NCBI RefSeq assembly: GCF_963921235.1
Contig: NC_086098.1
Coordinates: forward strand, 4,774,001-4,838,000
Reading direction: 5' to 3'
DNA length: 64,000 bases
DNA from: Mobula hypostoma
Taxonomy: Eukaryota
Translations under genes and position numbers: made by a program
The notes under the pieces: model-generated
What the model was told of the DNA's origin: nothing
Databases searched by the model: none
What the model saw: the letters and a program-made list of their open reading frames with translations, nothing else
In this document: in pieces, positions 49,890 to 62,115 of the stretch
Numbering within the stretch: the stretch's first letter is position 1
Layout of the letters: each line of letters starts with the position of its first letter

Positions 49890-52557
49890 TGTTCAAGTAT
49901 GTAATAAATAAAAGAGAGATGAGAATGGATATAGGACTGCTAGAAAATGAGGCAGGAAAAATAACAATAGGAGACAAGGAGATGGTTAATGAACTAAATG
50001 AGTATTTTGCATCTTCACTAGCAGAGTGCCAGGTGTTGAAAGGTGTGAAGTGAGTGCAGTTACTATTACAAGGGAGAAGGTGCTCAAAAAGCTGAAAGAC
50101 CTAAAAGTACACAAGTCACCTGAACCAGATGGACTGCACCCTCGAGTTCTGAAAGAGGTAGGGGTAGAGATTGTGAAGGCATTAGTGATCAGCTTTCAAA
50201 TATCATTGGACTCTGGCATGGTGCCAAAGGACTGGAAAATTGCAAATGTCACTCTGCTCTTTAAGAAAGAAGAGAGGCAGCAGAAAGGAGAGTATAGACT
50301 AGTTAGTCTGACCTCAGTGGTTGTGATGATGTTGGAGTCAATTGTCAAGGATGAGGTTACGGAGTATTTGGTGACACAGGACAAAATAGGACAAAGTCAG
50401 TGTGGTTTCCTTAAGGGAAAATCTTGCCTGACGAACCTGTTGGAATGCTTTGAGGAGACTGGCCGGAAGGTCCCGATGGAGTATCTGGTAAGACTCTGAA
50501 AATTTGTGCAGGCAGAAGTATTCAAGGACATTTTTAACTTCTCACTGCTACGGGCAGAAGCTCCCACTTGCTTCAAAAAGGCAACAATTATACAAATGCC
50601 TAAGAAGAATAATATGAGCTGCCTTAATGACTATCACCCGGTAGCACTCATATCTACAGTGATGAAATGTTTTGAGAGGTTGGTCATGACTAGACTGAAC
50701 TCCTACCTCAGCAAGGTCCTGGACCCATTGCAATTTGCCTATTGCCACAATAGGTCAATGGCAGATGCAATCTCAATGGCTCTTCACACGACCTTAGACC
50801 ACCTAGACAACACAAACACCTATGTCAGGATGCTGTTCAATGACAATAGCTCAGCATTTAATACTATCATTCGCACAATCCTGATTGAGAAGTTGCAGAA
50901 CCGGGGCCTCTGTACCTCCCTCTGCAATTGGATCCTAGACTTCCTAACCGGAAGACCACAATCTGTGCAGATTGGTGATAACATCTTCTCCTCGCTGACG
51001 ATCAACACTGGTGCATCTCAGGGGTGTGTGCTTAGCCCACTGCTCTACACTCTATATACCCATGACTGTGTGTCTAGGCATAGCTCAAATACCATCTATA
51101 AATTTACTGATGATACAACCATTGTTGGTAAAATCTCAGATGGAGAAGAATGGGTGTATAGGAGTGACATATGCCAACTAGTGGAGTGGTGTCGCAGCAA
51201 TAACCTGGCACTCAAAGTTGGTAAGGCGAAAGAGCTGATTGTGGACTAACCTGGTCCCAACATATCAATGCAGTTATAAAGAAGGCAAGACAGCGAATAT
51301 ACTTCATTAGGAGTTTGACAAGAATTGGCACGACAACAAATATACTCAAAGACTTCTATAGATGTACCATGGAGAGCATTCTGACAGGCTGCATCACTGT
51401 CTGGTATTGGGGGCGGGGGGGAAAGGGGCTACTGCACTGGACGGAAAGAAGCTGTAGAAGGTCATAAATTTAGTCAGCACAATCTTGGATACTAGCCTAC
51501 AAAGTACCCAGGACATCTTCAGGGAGTGGTGTTTCAGAAAAGCAGCGTCCATTATTAATGACCTCCAGCACCCAGAGCATGCCCTTTTATTACTGTTACC
51601 ATCAGAAAGGAGGTACAGAAGCCTGAAGGCACACACTCAGCGATTCAGGAACAGCTTCTTCCCCTCTGCCATCCAATTCCTAAATGGACATTGAACCCAT
51701 GGGAACTACCTCACTGTTTTAATACATTCGTTCTTTTGCACAATTCTTAATCTATTCAATATACGGATACTATACAGCATATGAAGACAGCATGTGAAGA
51801 CAGACTCAGGTGGATTGAGCAGATGAGACCAATGGAAGGTCCAATGGTCAAGAAGGCGGCCTCTGCAAGTGTTGTGGAATGTGTAGAGTAGGACAAGATA
51901 CAGAAGATGCCCTGGTCATCCACTGCGCCTAGTCCCATCTCCAGTAGTCTCAAATCTTGTCTTGCCACTGGATCCAGATGGGAATTGGGAAGAGAGAGAG
52001 AGAGGCTGATGCTGCGCAACTCTCCCTCACTTAAATCCAAATTACATGCTAGTCTCGGCACTATCATCATCATAATAGTGTTGAGGTCTTCATCAACGAT
52101 GACGATGGATAAACAACAACAATTGATTTACATATTTATTTATTATTTTATTTTACTTTTCCCCTCTTCTATATTATATACTGCATCGAACTGCCTCTGC
52201 CAAGTCTATAAATGTCATGACAAATGCTGGTGATAATAATCCTGATTCTGATTTTGATTACAAGTGTGATAGAGGGGATACAGTGGCTGTTGTATGTTTG
52301 GACTTACAGAATGCCTTGGTCAAGGTGCCACACATGAGACTGCTTACCAAGCCCATGGTATAATAGGGAAGTTATTAACATGGTTAGAACATTGGCTGAC
52401 TGGTAGGAGGCAGCGAGTGGGAATAAAAGGATCCTTTTCTGGTTGGCTGCCAGTGACTATTGGTGTTCCGCAAGGGTCGGTGTTGGGACCACTTCTTTTT
52501 ATGCTGTACATCAATGATTTAAATGATGGAATAGATGGCTTTGTTGCCAAGTTTGCA
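49890..52557 (+). mobile_element. CR1 RT fragment split by a Rex/L2-like LINE (about 50460-52260)
   Basis: CR1 KSCLTNLLECFEE ends at 50458 and resumes at about 52260. The Rex/L2 ORF (247 aa) has [18 protein letters not shown] and KFTDDTT. Confidence 0.8.
51775..52122 (+). mobile_element. Non-autonomous RTE-type element nested in a Rex/L2 3'UTR
   Basis: Ends …GCTGCGCAACTCTCCCTCACTTAAATCCAAATTAC…GGATAAACAACAACAA. Confidence 0.5.
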
Positions 52558-54395
52558 GATTTATAGATATGTAAAAAGGAAAAGACTGGTAAAGACAAAT
52601 GTAGGTCCCCTGCAGACAGAAACAGGTGAATTGATTATGGGGAGCAAGGACATGGCAGACCAATTGAATAATTACTTTGGTTCTGTCTTCACTAAGGAGG
52701 ACATAAATAATCTTCCAGAAATAGTAGGGGACAGAGGGTTCCGCCTAAGCCTGGTGAGCCGAAGCCCTGAAGTTAGTAGGGAAGTGGTGTTAGGTAAATT
52801 GAAGGGATTGAAGGCAGATAAATCCCCAGGGCCAGATGGTCTGCATCCCAGAGTGCTTAAAGAAGTAGCCCAAGAAATAGTGGATGCATTAGTGATAATT
52901 TTTCAAAACTCGTTAGATTCTGGACTAGTTCTTGAGGATTGGAGGGTGGCTAATGTAACCCCACTTTTTAAAAAAGGAGGGAGAGAGAAACCGGGGAATT
53001 ATAGACCGGTTAGCCTAACGTCGGTGGTGGGGAAACTGCTGGAGTCAGTTATCAAGGATGTGATAACAGCACATTTGGAAAGCGGTGAAATGATCGGACA
53101 AAGTCAGCATGGATTTGTGAAAGGAAAATCATGTCTGACGAATCTCATAGAATTTTTTGAGGATGTAACTAGTAGAGTGGATAGGGGAGAACCAGTGGAT
53201 GTGGTATATTTGGATTTTCAAAAGGCTTTTGACAAGGTCCCACACAGGAGATTAGTGTGCAAACTTAAAGCACACGGTATTGGGGGTAAGGTATTGGTGT
53301 GGGTGGAGAATTGGTTAGCAGACAGGAAGCAAAGAGTGGGAATAAATGGGACCTTTTCAGAATGGCAGGCGGTGACTAGTGGGGTATCGCAAGGCTCAGT
53401 GCTGGGACCCCAGTTGTTTACAATATATATTAATGACTTGGATGAGGGAATTAAATGCAACATCTCCAAGTTTGCGGATGACACGAAGCTGGGTGGCAGT
53501 GTTAGCAGTGAGGAGGATGCTAAGAGGATGCAGGGTGACTTGGATAGGTTGGGTGAGTGGGCAAATTCATGGCAGATGCAATTTAATGTGGATAAATGTG
53601 AAGTTATCCACTTTGGTGGCAAAAATAGGAAAACAGATTATTATCTGAATGGTGGCCGATTAGAAAAAGGGGAGGTGCAACGAGACCTGGGTGTCATTAT
53701 ACACCAGTCATTGAAAGTGGGCATGCAGGTACAGCAGGCGGTGAAAAAGGCGAATGGTATGCTGGCATTTATAGCGAGAGGATTCGAGTACAGGAGCAGG
53801 GAGGTACTACTGCAGTTGTACAAGGCCTTGGTGAGACCACACCTGGAGTACTGTGTGCAGTTTTGGTCCCCTAATCTGAGGAAAGACATCTTTGCCATAG
53901 AGGGAGTACAAAGAAGGTTCACCAGATTGATTCCTGGGATGGCAGGACTTTCATATGAAGAAAGACTGGATGAATTGGGCTTGTATTCGTTGGAATTTAG
54001 AAGATTGAGGGGGGATCTGATTGAAACGTATAAGATCCTAAAGGGATTGGACAGGCTAGATGCAGGAAGATTGTTTCCGATGTTGGGGAAGTCCAGAACG
54101 AGGGGTCACAGTTTGAGGATAGAGGGGAAGCCTTTTAGGACCGAGATTAGGAAAAACTTCTTCACACAGAGAGTGGTGAATCTGTGGAATTCTCTGCCAC
54201 AGGAAACTGTTGAGGCCAGTTCATTGGCTATATTTAAGAGGGAGTTAGATATGGCCCTTGTGGCTATGGGGGTCAGGGGGTATGGAGGGAAGGCTGGGGC
54301 GGGGTTCTGAGTTGGATGATCAGCCATGATCATAATAAATGGCGGTGCAGGCTTGAAGGGCCGAATGGCCTACTCCTGCACCTATTTTTTTCTAT
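52558..54395 (+). mobile_element. Young CR1 (subfamily C) with uninterrupted RT frame
   Basis: 591-aa ORF, nearly identical to 26540-28380. Confidence 0.93.
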
Positions 54396-55179
54396 GTTAT
54401 GGGGAGAAGGCCAGGGAGTGGGGGGGGGGGGGGAAAGAAAAGAATCAGCCATGACTGAATGGCTGAGCAGATTCGACAGGCCAAATGGCCTAAATCTGCT
54501 CCTATGTCTTATGACGAAGACACTGGAGAATTGTGTGAATTTCTTCATGACTTGATGCTGCCAATCAGGCAGGAGGTACAGGAGCCACAGGACCAACATC
54601 ACCAGGTTCAGGAACAGTTCTTACCCACCAACCATCAGGTTCCTGAGCCAGAAGGGATAACTTCACTCTCCTCAACACTGAACAGATTCCACCTGTGGAC
54701 TCACTTTCAAAGACTCACATTTCTCAAGTACACGGTCGGCACAGCTTTGTGGGCCAAAGGGCCTGTATTGTGCTGTAGGTTTTCATTTTATTTACTTATT
54801 ATTGTTAATTTTTCTTTTTGTATTTGCACAATTTGTCATCTTTGCATGTAGTTTTTATTGATTCTGTTGTTTCTTTATATATGAGTACCCATAAAAAAAA
54901 TGAATCTGCGTAATTTTTTATTGGTGCGTACTTCAATAAAAAATTTACTTTGACCTTAACAGTAGAATTCAAACAATTAAAGGAACAGAATTGATGAATT
55001 TCACTTACTTTCTTTAATGAAAATATATTTTTGTTATTGTAATATTAGTTGTTAACTTCTTTTAATAGAACAGTATTCATCATTTCAGAATTCTCTGGGC
55101 TGTTTTTCAGGGAACTCGTGCTGTAAGACTATAAAACAATTAGGACATTTGGCCCAAATCTGCTCTGCCATTCCATAAG

Positions 55180-55375
55180 ATCCCATTTCCAACGGATTTT
55201 CACTCTACTGTCACTGAAGTTTCTCTGGCTTTCAGCAGATCTTTGACAAATAGAGTTAATTCTTGCAGCACCTTTTGAACTGCCTCTACATTGTATCCTG
55301 CAGCTTTCTCAATGTTGCTGCATTCTCCAGAATCCTCTTGTCTTCTACATTGAGCTATGTTCATTCCATAGAGTA
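55180..55375 (-). pseudogene. Diverged tandem duplicate of the UFL1 terminal exon (pseudo-exon or alternative last exon)
   Basis: Aligns by eye to about 56375-56570, including the stop and first 3'UTR bases. Open frame 55364-55200: MNIAQCRRQEDSGECSNIEKAAGYNVEAVQKVLQELTLFVKDLLKARETSVTVE*. Confidence 0.85.
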
Positions 55376-56236
55376 CTAGTCAAAATACAGGAAAATATGA
55401 GAAGGAAATTATGTGTGACTCTGAAACAAAATGCTGGAAGTAGAATTCAGAAAAAGAATCCGTATTAATGTTTAAAATCAATGAGTTTTTAATCAAGTAT
55501 TTTTATTCCAGACTATCAAGCATTGATCTTTGTTTGCTATTTAAGACATTGTGGTGCAAGGTGACACTAGTATTTTTTTAAAATATCATTGCTTTTTCCT
55601 AAATAAGAACAGAAAAGTACTCGATGTCCTCAACATATGCACAGATGGCTTCCAACAATTTATTTCAGCTTAACCTTTTGGACAACAATTCCTGGTACGG
55701 TATCTGACCAGGCTACCAGTAGAATAGTGTGTTGAGAATTTCTGGAGCATCAGAGACACAAGAGATTCTGTAGATGCTGGATATCCACAGCAACACACAC
55801 AGAACACTGGAGGAACTCAGGAGGTCAGGTAACATCTATGGAAATGAATAAATATTCAGCATTTCAGGCTAAGACCTGATGAAAGGTCTCAGCCCGAAAT
55901 ATTGACTATTTACTCCTTCTCAACAAAGCTATTTTTTTGTGGGGAAAAAACATCAGCCCATTTCTGTGAAGATTCTTGTAGAATGGCACAGTAAGATTTG
56001 GCAGCATTATCAGCCTGCAGAATTAATTTTTCTATGTTATAAGTCAAGAATATTCAAATAAATATGGCAGAATGAACAGATTAATGAGTGTTAATCTGAG
56101 CAGAATGGTAAATATCTTACTCTTTTCTCTGTATCTGAATTGTATTAGACAATTAAGAAAAATATCACACTGTCACATCCAACTATTAAATGTTCATGTT
56201 ACAATCCAAAATAGATAGGTCTTATAGGTACAACAT

Positions 56237-56289
56237 TTTATTAAAAGAATTGTTATGAATTTAATCAAGATGATCTATGGCAGTTTATT
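56237..56289 (-). promoter_or_regulatory. Candidate UFL1 polyadenylation signals (AATAAA at 56289-56284 and 56242-56237)
   Basis: Two AATAAA hexamers about 105 and 150 nt after the UFL1 stop, in AT-rich unique sequence. Confidence 0.45.
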
Positions 56290-56393
56290 CTCTGTTTAAT
56301 ATTAAATGACATTTTTAAAATTTTATAACTCTCTAATGTACATATTGATTGGTAAATTCAGTCATTCCACAAAATCTCATTTCCAATGGAATT

Positions 56394-56615
56394 TCACTCT
56401 TCTGTCACTGAAATTTTTCTGGCTTTCAGCACTAGATCTTTGACAAATGGAGTTAATTCTTGCAGCTCCTTTCGAACTGCCTCTACATCATTTTCTGCAT
56501 CATTCTCAAGGTTGCTGCATTCTCCAGAGTCCTCGCCCTCTTTGTTTTTTCGGTGTTGACCTACGAGTTGCTTCACCACGAGACCTTGATACTTCACTAG
56601 GAATTTGTATTGATC
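56394..56615 (-). CDS. UFL1: UFL1 (E3 UFM1-protein ligase 1) terminal coding exon: DQYKFLVKYQGLVVKQLVGQ...KDLVLKARKISVTEE*
   Basis: Matches the known vertebrate UFL1 C-terminus (…LVKYQGLVVKQLV…RKELQEL…KDLVLK…SVTEE). Acceptor TTTTTTTTCTCCCTCAG|GAT; TGA at 56394-56396. Confidence 0.93.
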   Translation of the reverse strand, partial: DQYKFLVKYQGLVVKQLVGQHRKNKEGEDSGECSNLENDAENDVEAVRKELQELTPFVKDLVLKARKISVTEE

Positions 56616-56809
56616 CTGAGGGAGAAAAAAAATAACAGAAGATCTCACTTACTTCATTAGGATTTTGATTCTGTTCCAGCTAATTTTCTATCAAAATGTT
56701 TTAAGGTGTGGTTGGTGTCAAAAAATTAATAACCCCTCATGTAGGAATCATAATAATTCTTATCCCTTTTTTAAACAGTCTAATATTTAATTTCCAAGAC
56801 AGTGGGAGA

Positions 56810-56865
56810 CTGGGAGAGGGAGAGGGAGAGGGAGAGGGAGAGAGACAGACAGAGAGAGACAGACA
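56810..56865. repeat. (GGGAGA)n/(GA)n simple repeat
   Basis: Directly visible. Confidence 0.85.
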
Positions 56866-58289
56866 AGTTTAAGGAGGGAATTTCTGACACTGTAGCTTGG
56901 GGTGCTCGAGGGATGGCTGTCAATGTGGGGTATATGAGTGACTGGGAAACACAGGCTTTAAAAAGTTTCTGCTAAAATGCCAGTGGTCAGCCACCCCAGG
57001 TAGTAGGTGCTAAATTTACACAGATCTGCTGTAACCCAAAGGAAGGTACACCCGTCCCTGTCCTTCGTCACTGGAGCCCACCAAGTCTCTACAGGTGACT
57101 CCCGATCACACTGGAATGCCCAGCAACAAGATGCAAACCCCACCTCTCCAATCTTACACCAGCTACAATTTGTGTTTGCAAATCTCCCTAAAATTTGCAG
57201 AAGTATTTAATGAGCTATTATTGTACAAATAATAAAATCATAAGACATAAGAAAAATTAGGCCATTCAGCCCATTGAGTCTGCTGCACCATTCAATCATG
57301 GCTTTGCTTCCTCTCAAAACTAGCAAGCAGACGGCAAGCTGAATCAGGCTCCATCTATTCAGGCTACTTCGAGTAAATTTTGTGATCTTAAAAACAAAAC
57401 ATCTATATTTCTGAGAGAGATTAAGATTCTCCTTTAAGCTGGAGTCAGTTACTTGGCCCTTCAAGCATGCTCCACCTTCCAATATTGATTATGGCCGTCC
57501 GCTCAGGGTGTAACATTCTCTGAGCCATTTCTCCAAGGCCCTCAATCCTCTGATCTTTCATACTAGTTAGCGAGCCGCTACCGCTCTCAGGGGTAGAGTA
57601 TTCCAGAGATTTACACAATTTTCTGTTGAGAAATTTCTACATACCCTTGTGTTAAATTACATTCTTGTTACATTAGAGATACATTAGGTAGATTACTTTA
57701 GGGACATTTAAGAGACCCTTAGATAGGTAGTGGCTGCATCATTGTCTGGTACGGGAGAGGGACACTGCACAGGATCTATATAAGCTGAAGAGAGTTGTGA
57801 ACTCAGTCAGCTCCTTCATGGGCACCAGCCTCCCCAGCATCCAGGACATCTTCAAGAAGCAATGCCTCGAAAAGGCAGCTTCCATCATTAAGAATTGACT
57901 TTATTATTACTTACATCCTTCATGTACATGAGAAGTAAAAGTCTTTATGTTACATCTCCATTCAAATAGGCAATGTGCAATTATGGTAATTTATAATAGA
58001 ATGTACAACAGGACAGTCAATATAACATAGAAATACAGTTGTGTCAGCATGAGTTAATCAGTCTGATGGCCTGGTGGAAGAAGCTGTCCCGGAGCTGTTG
58101 GTCCTGGCTTTTATGCTACGGTACCGTTTTCCGGATGGTAGCAGCTGGAATAATTGTGATTGGGGTGACTCGGGTCCCCAGTGATCCTTTGGGCCCTTTT
58201 TACACCCTCAGACCATTAAGCTTCCTGAGAACCTTCTCAGTCGTAATTTTCACTGCACAAACTTCACTTCCCTGCACTGAAAACTGCAA

Positions 58290-59690
58290 ATGTTATTCCA
58301 CTATTTAAGAAGGGTGGGAGGCAGCAGAAAGGAAACTACAGACCTGTTAGCCTAACATCAGTGGTTGGGAAGTTGTTGGAATCGATTGTTAGGGATGAGA
58401 TTATGGAGTACCCAGAGGCACATAACAAGATAGGTCAAAGCCAGCATAGTTTCCTGAAAGGAAAATCCTGCCTGACAAACCTATTGTAATTCTTTGAGGA
58501 AATTACAAGCAGTGTAGACAAAGGGGGATGCAGTAGATGTGGTGTACTTGGATTTTCAGACGGCCTTTAACAAGGTGCCGCACATGAGGCTGCTTAGCAA
58601 GAGCCCATGGAATTACAGGGGAGTTACTAGTGTGCGTGGAGCATTGGCTGGTCGGCAGAAAACAGTAAGTGGGAATAAAGGGATCCTATTCTGGCTGGCT
58701 GCTGGTTACCAGTGGAGTTCCACAGGGGTCAGTGTTGGGACCACTACTTTTTACGATGTACGTCAATGATTTGGACTACGGTATTAATGGATTTGTGGCT
58801 AAATTTGCTGAAGATACAAGGATAGGTGGAGGATCAGGTAGTGTTGAGGAAACAGAGAGCAGCAGAGAGACCTAGATAGTTTAGGAGAATGGGTAAAGAA
58901 GTGGCAAATGAAATACAATGTTGGAAAGTGTATGGTCATGCAGTTTGGTGGAAGAAATAAATGGGCAGACTATTATTTAGATGGGGAGAGAATTCAAAAT
59001 GCAGAGATCCAAAGGGACTTGGGAGTCCTTGTGCAAGATACCCTCAAGATTAACCTCCAGGTTGAGGTGGTTGTGAAGAAGGAGAATGCAATGTTGACAT
59101 TCATTTCTAGAGGTATAGAGTATAACAGTTGAGGCTCTATAAGGCACTCGTGAGACCACACTTAGAGTACTGTTTGCAGTTTTGGAAAGGATATACTTAT
59201 ATTGGAGAGGGTTCAGAGGAGATTCATGAGAATGAAAGGGTTACTGTATGAGGAACGTCTGGCAGCTCTTGGGCTGTATTCCCTGGAGTTCAGGAGAATG
59301 AGGGGGGGCATCTCATAGAAACATTCCGAATGTTAAAAGGCCTGAAGAGATTAGATATGGCAAAGCTATATCCCATGGTAGGGGTTCTAGGACAAGAGGG
59401 CACGACTTCAGGATTGAAGATCATCCTTTTAGAACTGAGAGGCGGAGAAATTACTTTTGTCAGGGGGTGATAAATCTGTGGAATTTGTTGCTGAGCGGCC
59501 TTGGAGGCCAAGTCATTGGGTGTATTTAAGGCAGAGATAGATAGATTCTTGATTAGCCATGGCATGAAAGGGTATGAGGAGAAGGCAGGGCAGTAGGGAT
59601 GACTGGAAGAATTGAATCAGCCCATGATTTGATGGCAGAGCACACTCGATGGACCGAATGGCCTACTTCTGCTCCTATATCTTATGGTCT
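58290..59690 (+). mobile_element. CR1 RT and 3' end, degenerate (in UFL1 last intron)
   Basis: [12 protein letters not shown] and AKFAEDT. Confidence 0.85.
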
Positions 59691-60043
59691 TATTAATTCT
59701 CTTGTGATGTGGCATTATTTTAATTCCTTACTGGTGTTAATCAGTTTTAATGGAAAGTTTGCCTTATTTTCCACTAAAATTGTATTTTACTCCTCTGCCA
59801 TTTTCTTGTTTCCATATAAGCATAAGATATAGGAGCAGAATGAGGCCATTCAGCCCATCAAGTCTGCTCCACCATTCCATCATGGCTGATTCCAGATCCC
59901 ACTCAATTCCATATCCTTTGATGCCCTGACCAACCAGGAAACTATCAACTTCTGCTTTAAATATACCCATGAACTTGTGGCAGAGCATTCCACAGATTCA
60001 CTACCCTCTGGATAAAAAAATCTCCTCCTTATCTCTATACTTG

Positions 60044-60625
60044 TAGTGGCCACTTGATTATATACACCTGTACACCTGCTCATTAATGCAAATATCTAAT
60101 CAGCCAATCATGTTGCAGCAACTCAATGCATAAAAGCATGCAGACATGGTCAAGAGGTTCAGCTGTTGTTCGGAGCAAACATCAGAATGAGGAAGAAATG
60201 TGATCTAAGTGACTTTGACTACGGGATGATTGTTGACGCCAGACGGAGTGGTTTGAGTATCTCAGAAACTGCTGATCTCCTGGGATCGTCATGCACAACA
60301 GTCTCTAGAGTTTACAGAGAAAGCTGTGAAAAACAAAAAAGCCCACCAGTAAGAGGCAGGTCTGTGAGGGAAAACGCCTTGTTAATGAGAGAGGTCAGAG
60401 AAGAATGGTCAGACTGGTTCAAACTGACAGGAACTAGATAATCATGCATTACAACAGTGATGTGCAAAACAGCATCTCTGAATGCACAACAGGATAATCC
60501 TTGAATTAGCTGGGCTACAGAAGCAGGCCATGAACATACACTCTGTGGCCACTTCATTAGCTACAGGAGGCACTTTGGCATAAACGTACTTTGACTTTGA
60601 AAGTACAGGAGGTACCTAACAGAGT
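60044..60625 (+). mobile_element. Tc1-like non-autonomous element
   Basis: DLSDFDYGMIVDARRSGLSISETADLLG; same family as 42452. Confidence 0.8.
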
Positions 60626-60680
60626 GTAAATTTCAAAGGGGAACCTGCAATTTCAAAATGTCGAGTGGTTATGAAGTTAC

Positions 60681-60861
60681 CTCAGGAATCTTGCCGCTGA
60701 GGAAACCGATGACCTGTGGTACACATCTGCCAGGTGCATGAAGCATGTGGTGCGTTGAGAGTTGGAACAACAGAACGGAGGTCAGATGCAGAACCAGCGC
60801 TGGGTCCTCGGTCCCTTTGACTTGTTCAAGCAATGCCTGCCGGTGCTGGAACAGGACCTGC
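60681..60861 (-). CDS. UFL1: UFL1 penultimate coding exon: (R)[60 protein letters not shown]
   Basis: Close to the UFL1 segment [10 protein letters not shown]…[16 protein letters not shown]…[11 protein letters not shown]…KIPE. Acceptor TCCTCTTGTCCTAG|G and donor GAG|GTAACT; 181 nt, phase 0 out, in frame with the terminal exon. Confidence 0.93.
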
Positions 60862-61734
60862 CTAGGACAAGAGGACATTCTGGATGAAAGTCAACTCACG
60901 CTTCAGAGTGATGCTAACAGAGTTATCAGCTACAGAGCACAACCCGAAAATGGAATCTACTGTCTACACAAGAGAGTCTGCAGATCTTGAGCAACACCCA
61001 CACAAAATGCTGGAGGAACTCAGCACGTCAGGCAGCATCTATGGAGGAGAATAAACAATTAACTTTTCGGGGAGTAAAGAGACTCTTAGATGGGCACATG
61101 GATGAGAGAAAATTAGAGAGCTTTGTTGGAGGGAAGTATTAGATTGATATTATAGCAGGATATAAAGGCCTGTGCTGTGCATTGTTCTGTGTTCTAAGTA
61201 GATCACTTGACACCTCAAGCCTCCCAGTGTATTAAAACATGGAACATTAGAGAACAGTCCTGGCCCTTTGGTCCACAATGTTGTGCTGATCTTTCAGTCT
61301 ACTCTGAGATCAATCTAGCCCTTCCCTACTACATAGCCCTCCATTGTTCTATCATCTGTGTGTCTGTCTACGAGTTTCTTAAACGTCCCTAACGTATCTC
61401 CCTCATCATATTGAATATGGTGGTGGGTGATCTGTCCCAGGCTTCACCTTTTCTTCTGTGCAACGTCAACGTTGATTCCCTGCATCAATTTTTAAAATCA
61501 TTTTTATTTGTGTTGTCTACTCTTACCCTCCTATCACAGTTTCTTCTTCAGCCCTTTACCTTTTCCACCTATCGCTTCTTACTTCATCCCAACTCCCCCA
61601 ACTTCCTTCTCATCTGGTCTCACTTGTCATCTGCCATCTTAAACAAGGGAAAATCTGCAGATGCTGGAAATCTACTCATACAAAAAGCTGGAAGAACTCA
61701 GCTGGCTGGGCAGCATCTATGGAAAAGAGTACAG

Positions 61735-62115
61735 TTGACTGAGGAGGTGCAAAGCATTCCTTCCATCCACTGGCCACAGGCCTGCAGGTCACCCTGGGGC
61801 AAGGTGTAGTACTTGCTTACCCACCCCCCAAATCAGGGTCATGGTAAGCCATGGGAGCAGGTGGTGGATGGTCGTATGAGCAGCTGGTGCAGATCACAAA
61901 TCCTGGTTATGTGACCACTGACACCAGGGAGACCAGGGAGAGTATTGATAATGGCTGGAGTCTCTCGTTTTGTAAAGACACTGCCCAGAAGAAGGGAATG
62001 GCAAACCACTTCTGTGGAAAAATTTGCCAAGGACTATCATCGTCATGGATAGAGAAAAGAAGAACAGCATGAAGGGGGATGAAAGATGATGATCACCCAC
62101 CTCATATGGCACATG
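61735..62115 (+). mobile_element. Second copy of the RTE-tailed non-autonomous element
   Basis: Shares GGGAGCAGGTGGTGGATGGTCGTA.GAGCAGCTGGTGCAGATCACAAATCCTGGTTATGTGACCACTGACACCA with 15165-15236. Confidence 0.65.

Noticed and set aside
52535..54310. 591-aa ORF as a host or domesticated gene
   Set aside because: 5'-truncated CR1 ORF2, nearly identical to other copies, with a start borrowed from an out-of-frame neighbouring CR1.
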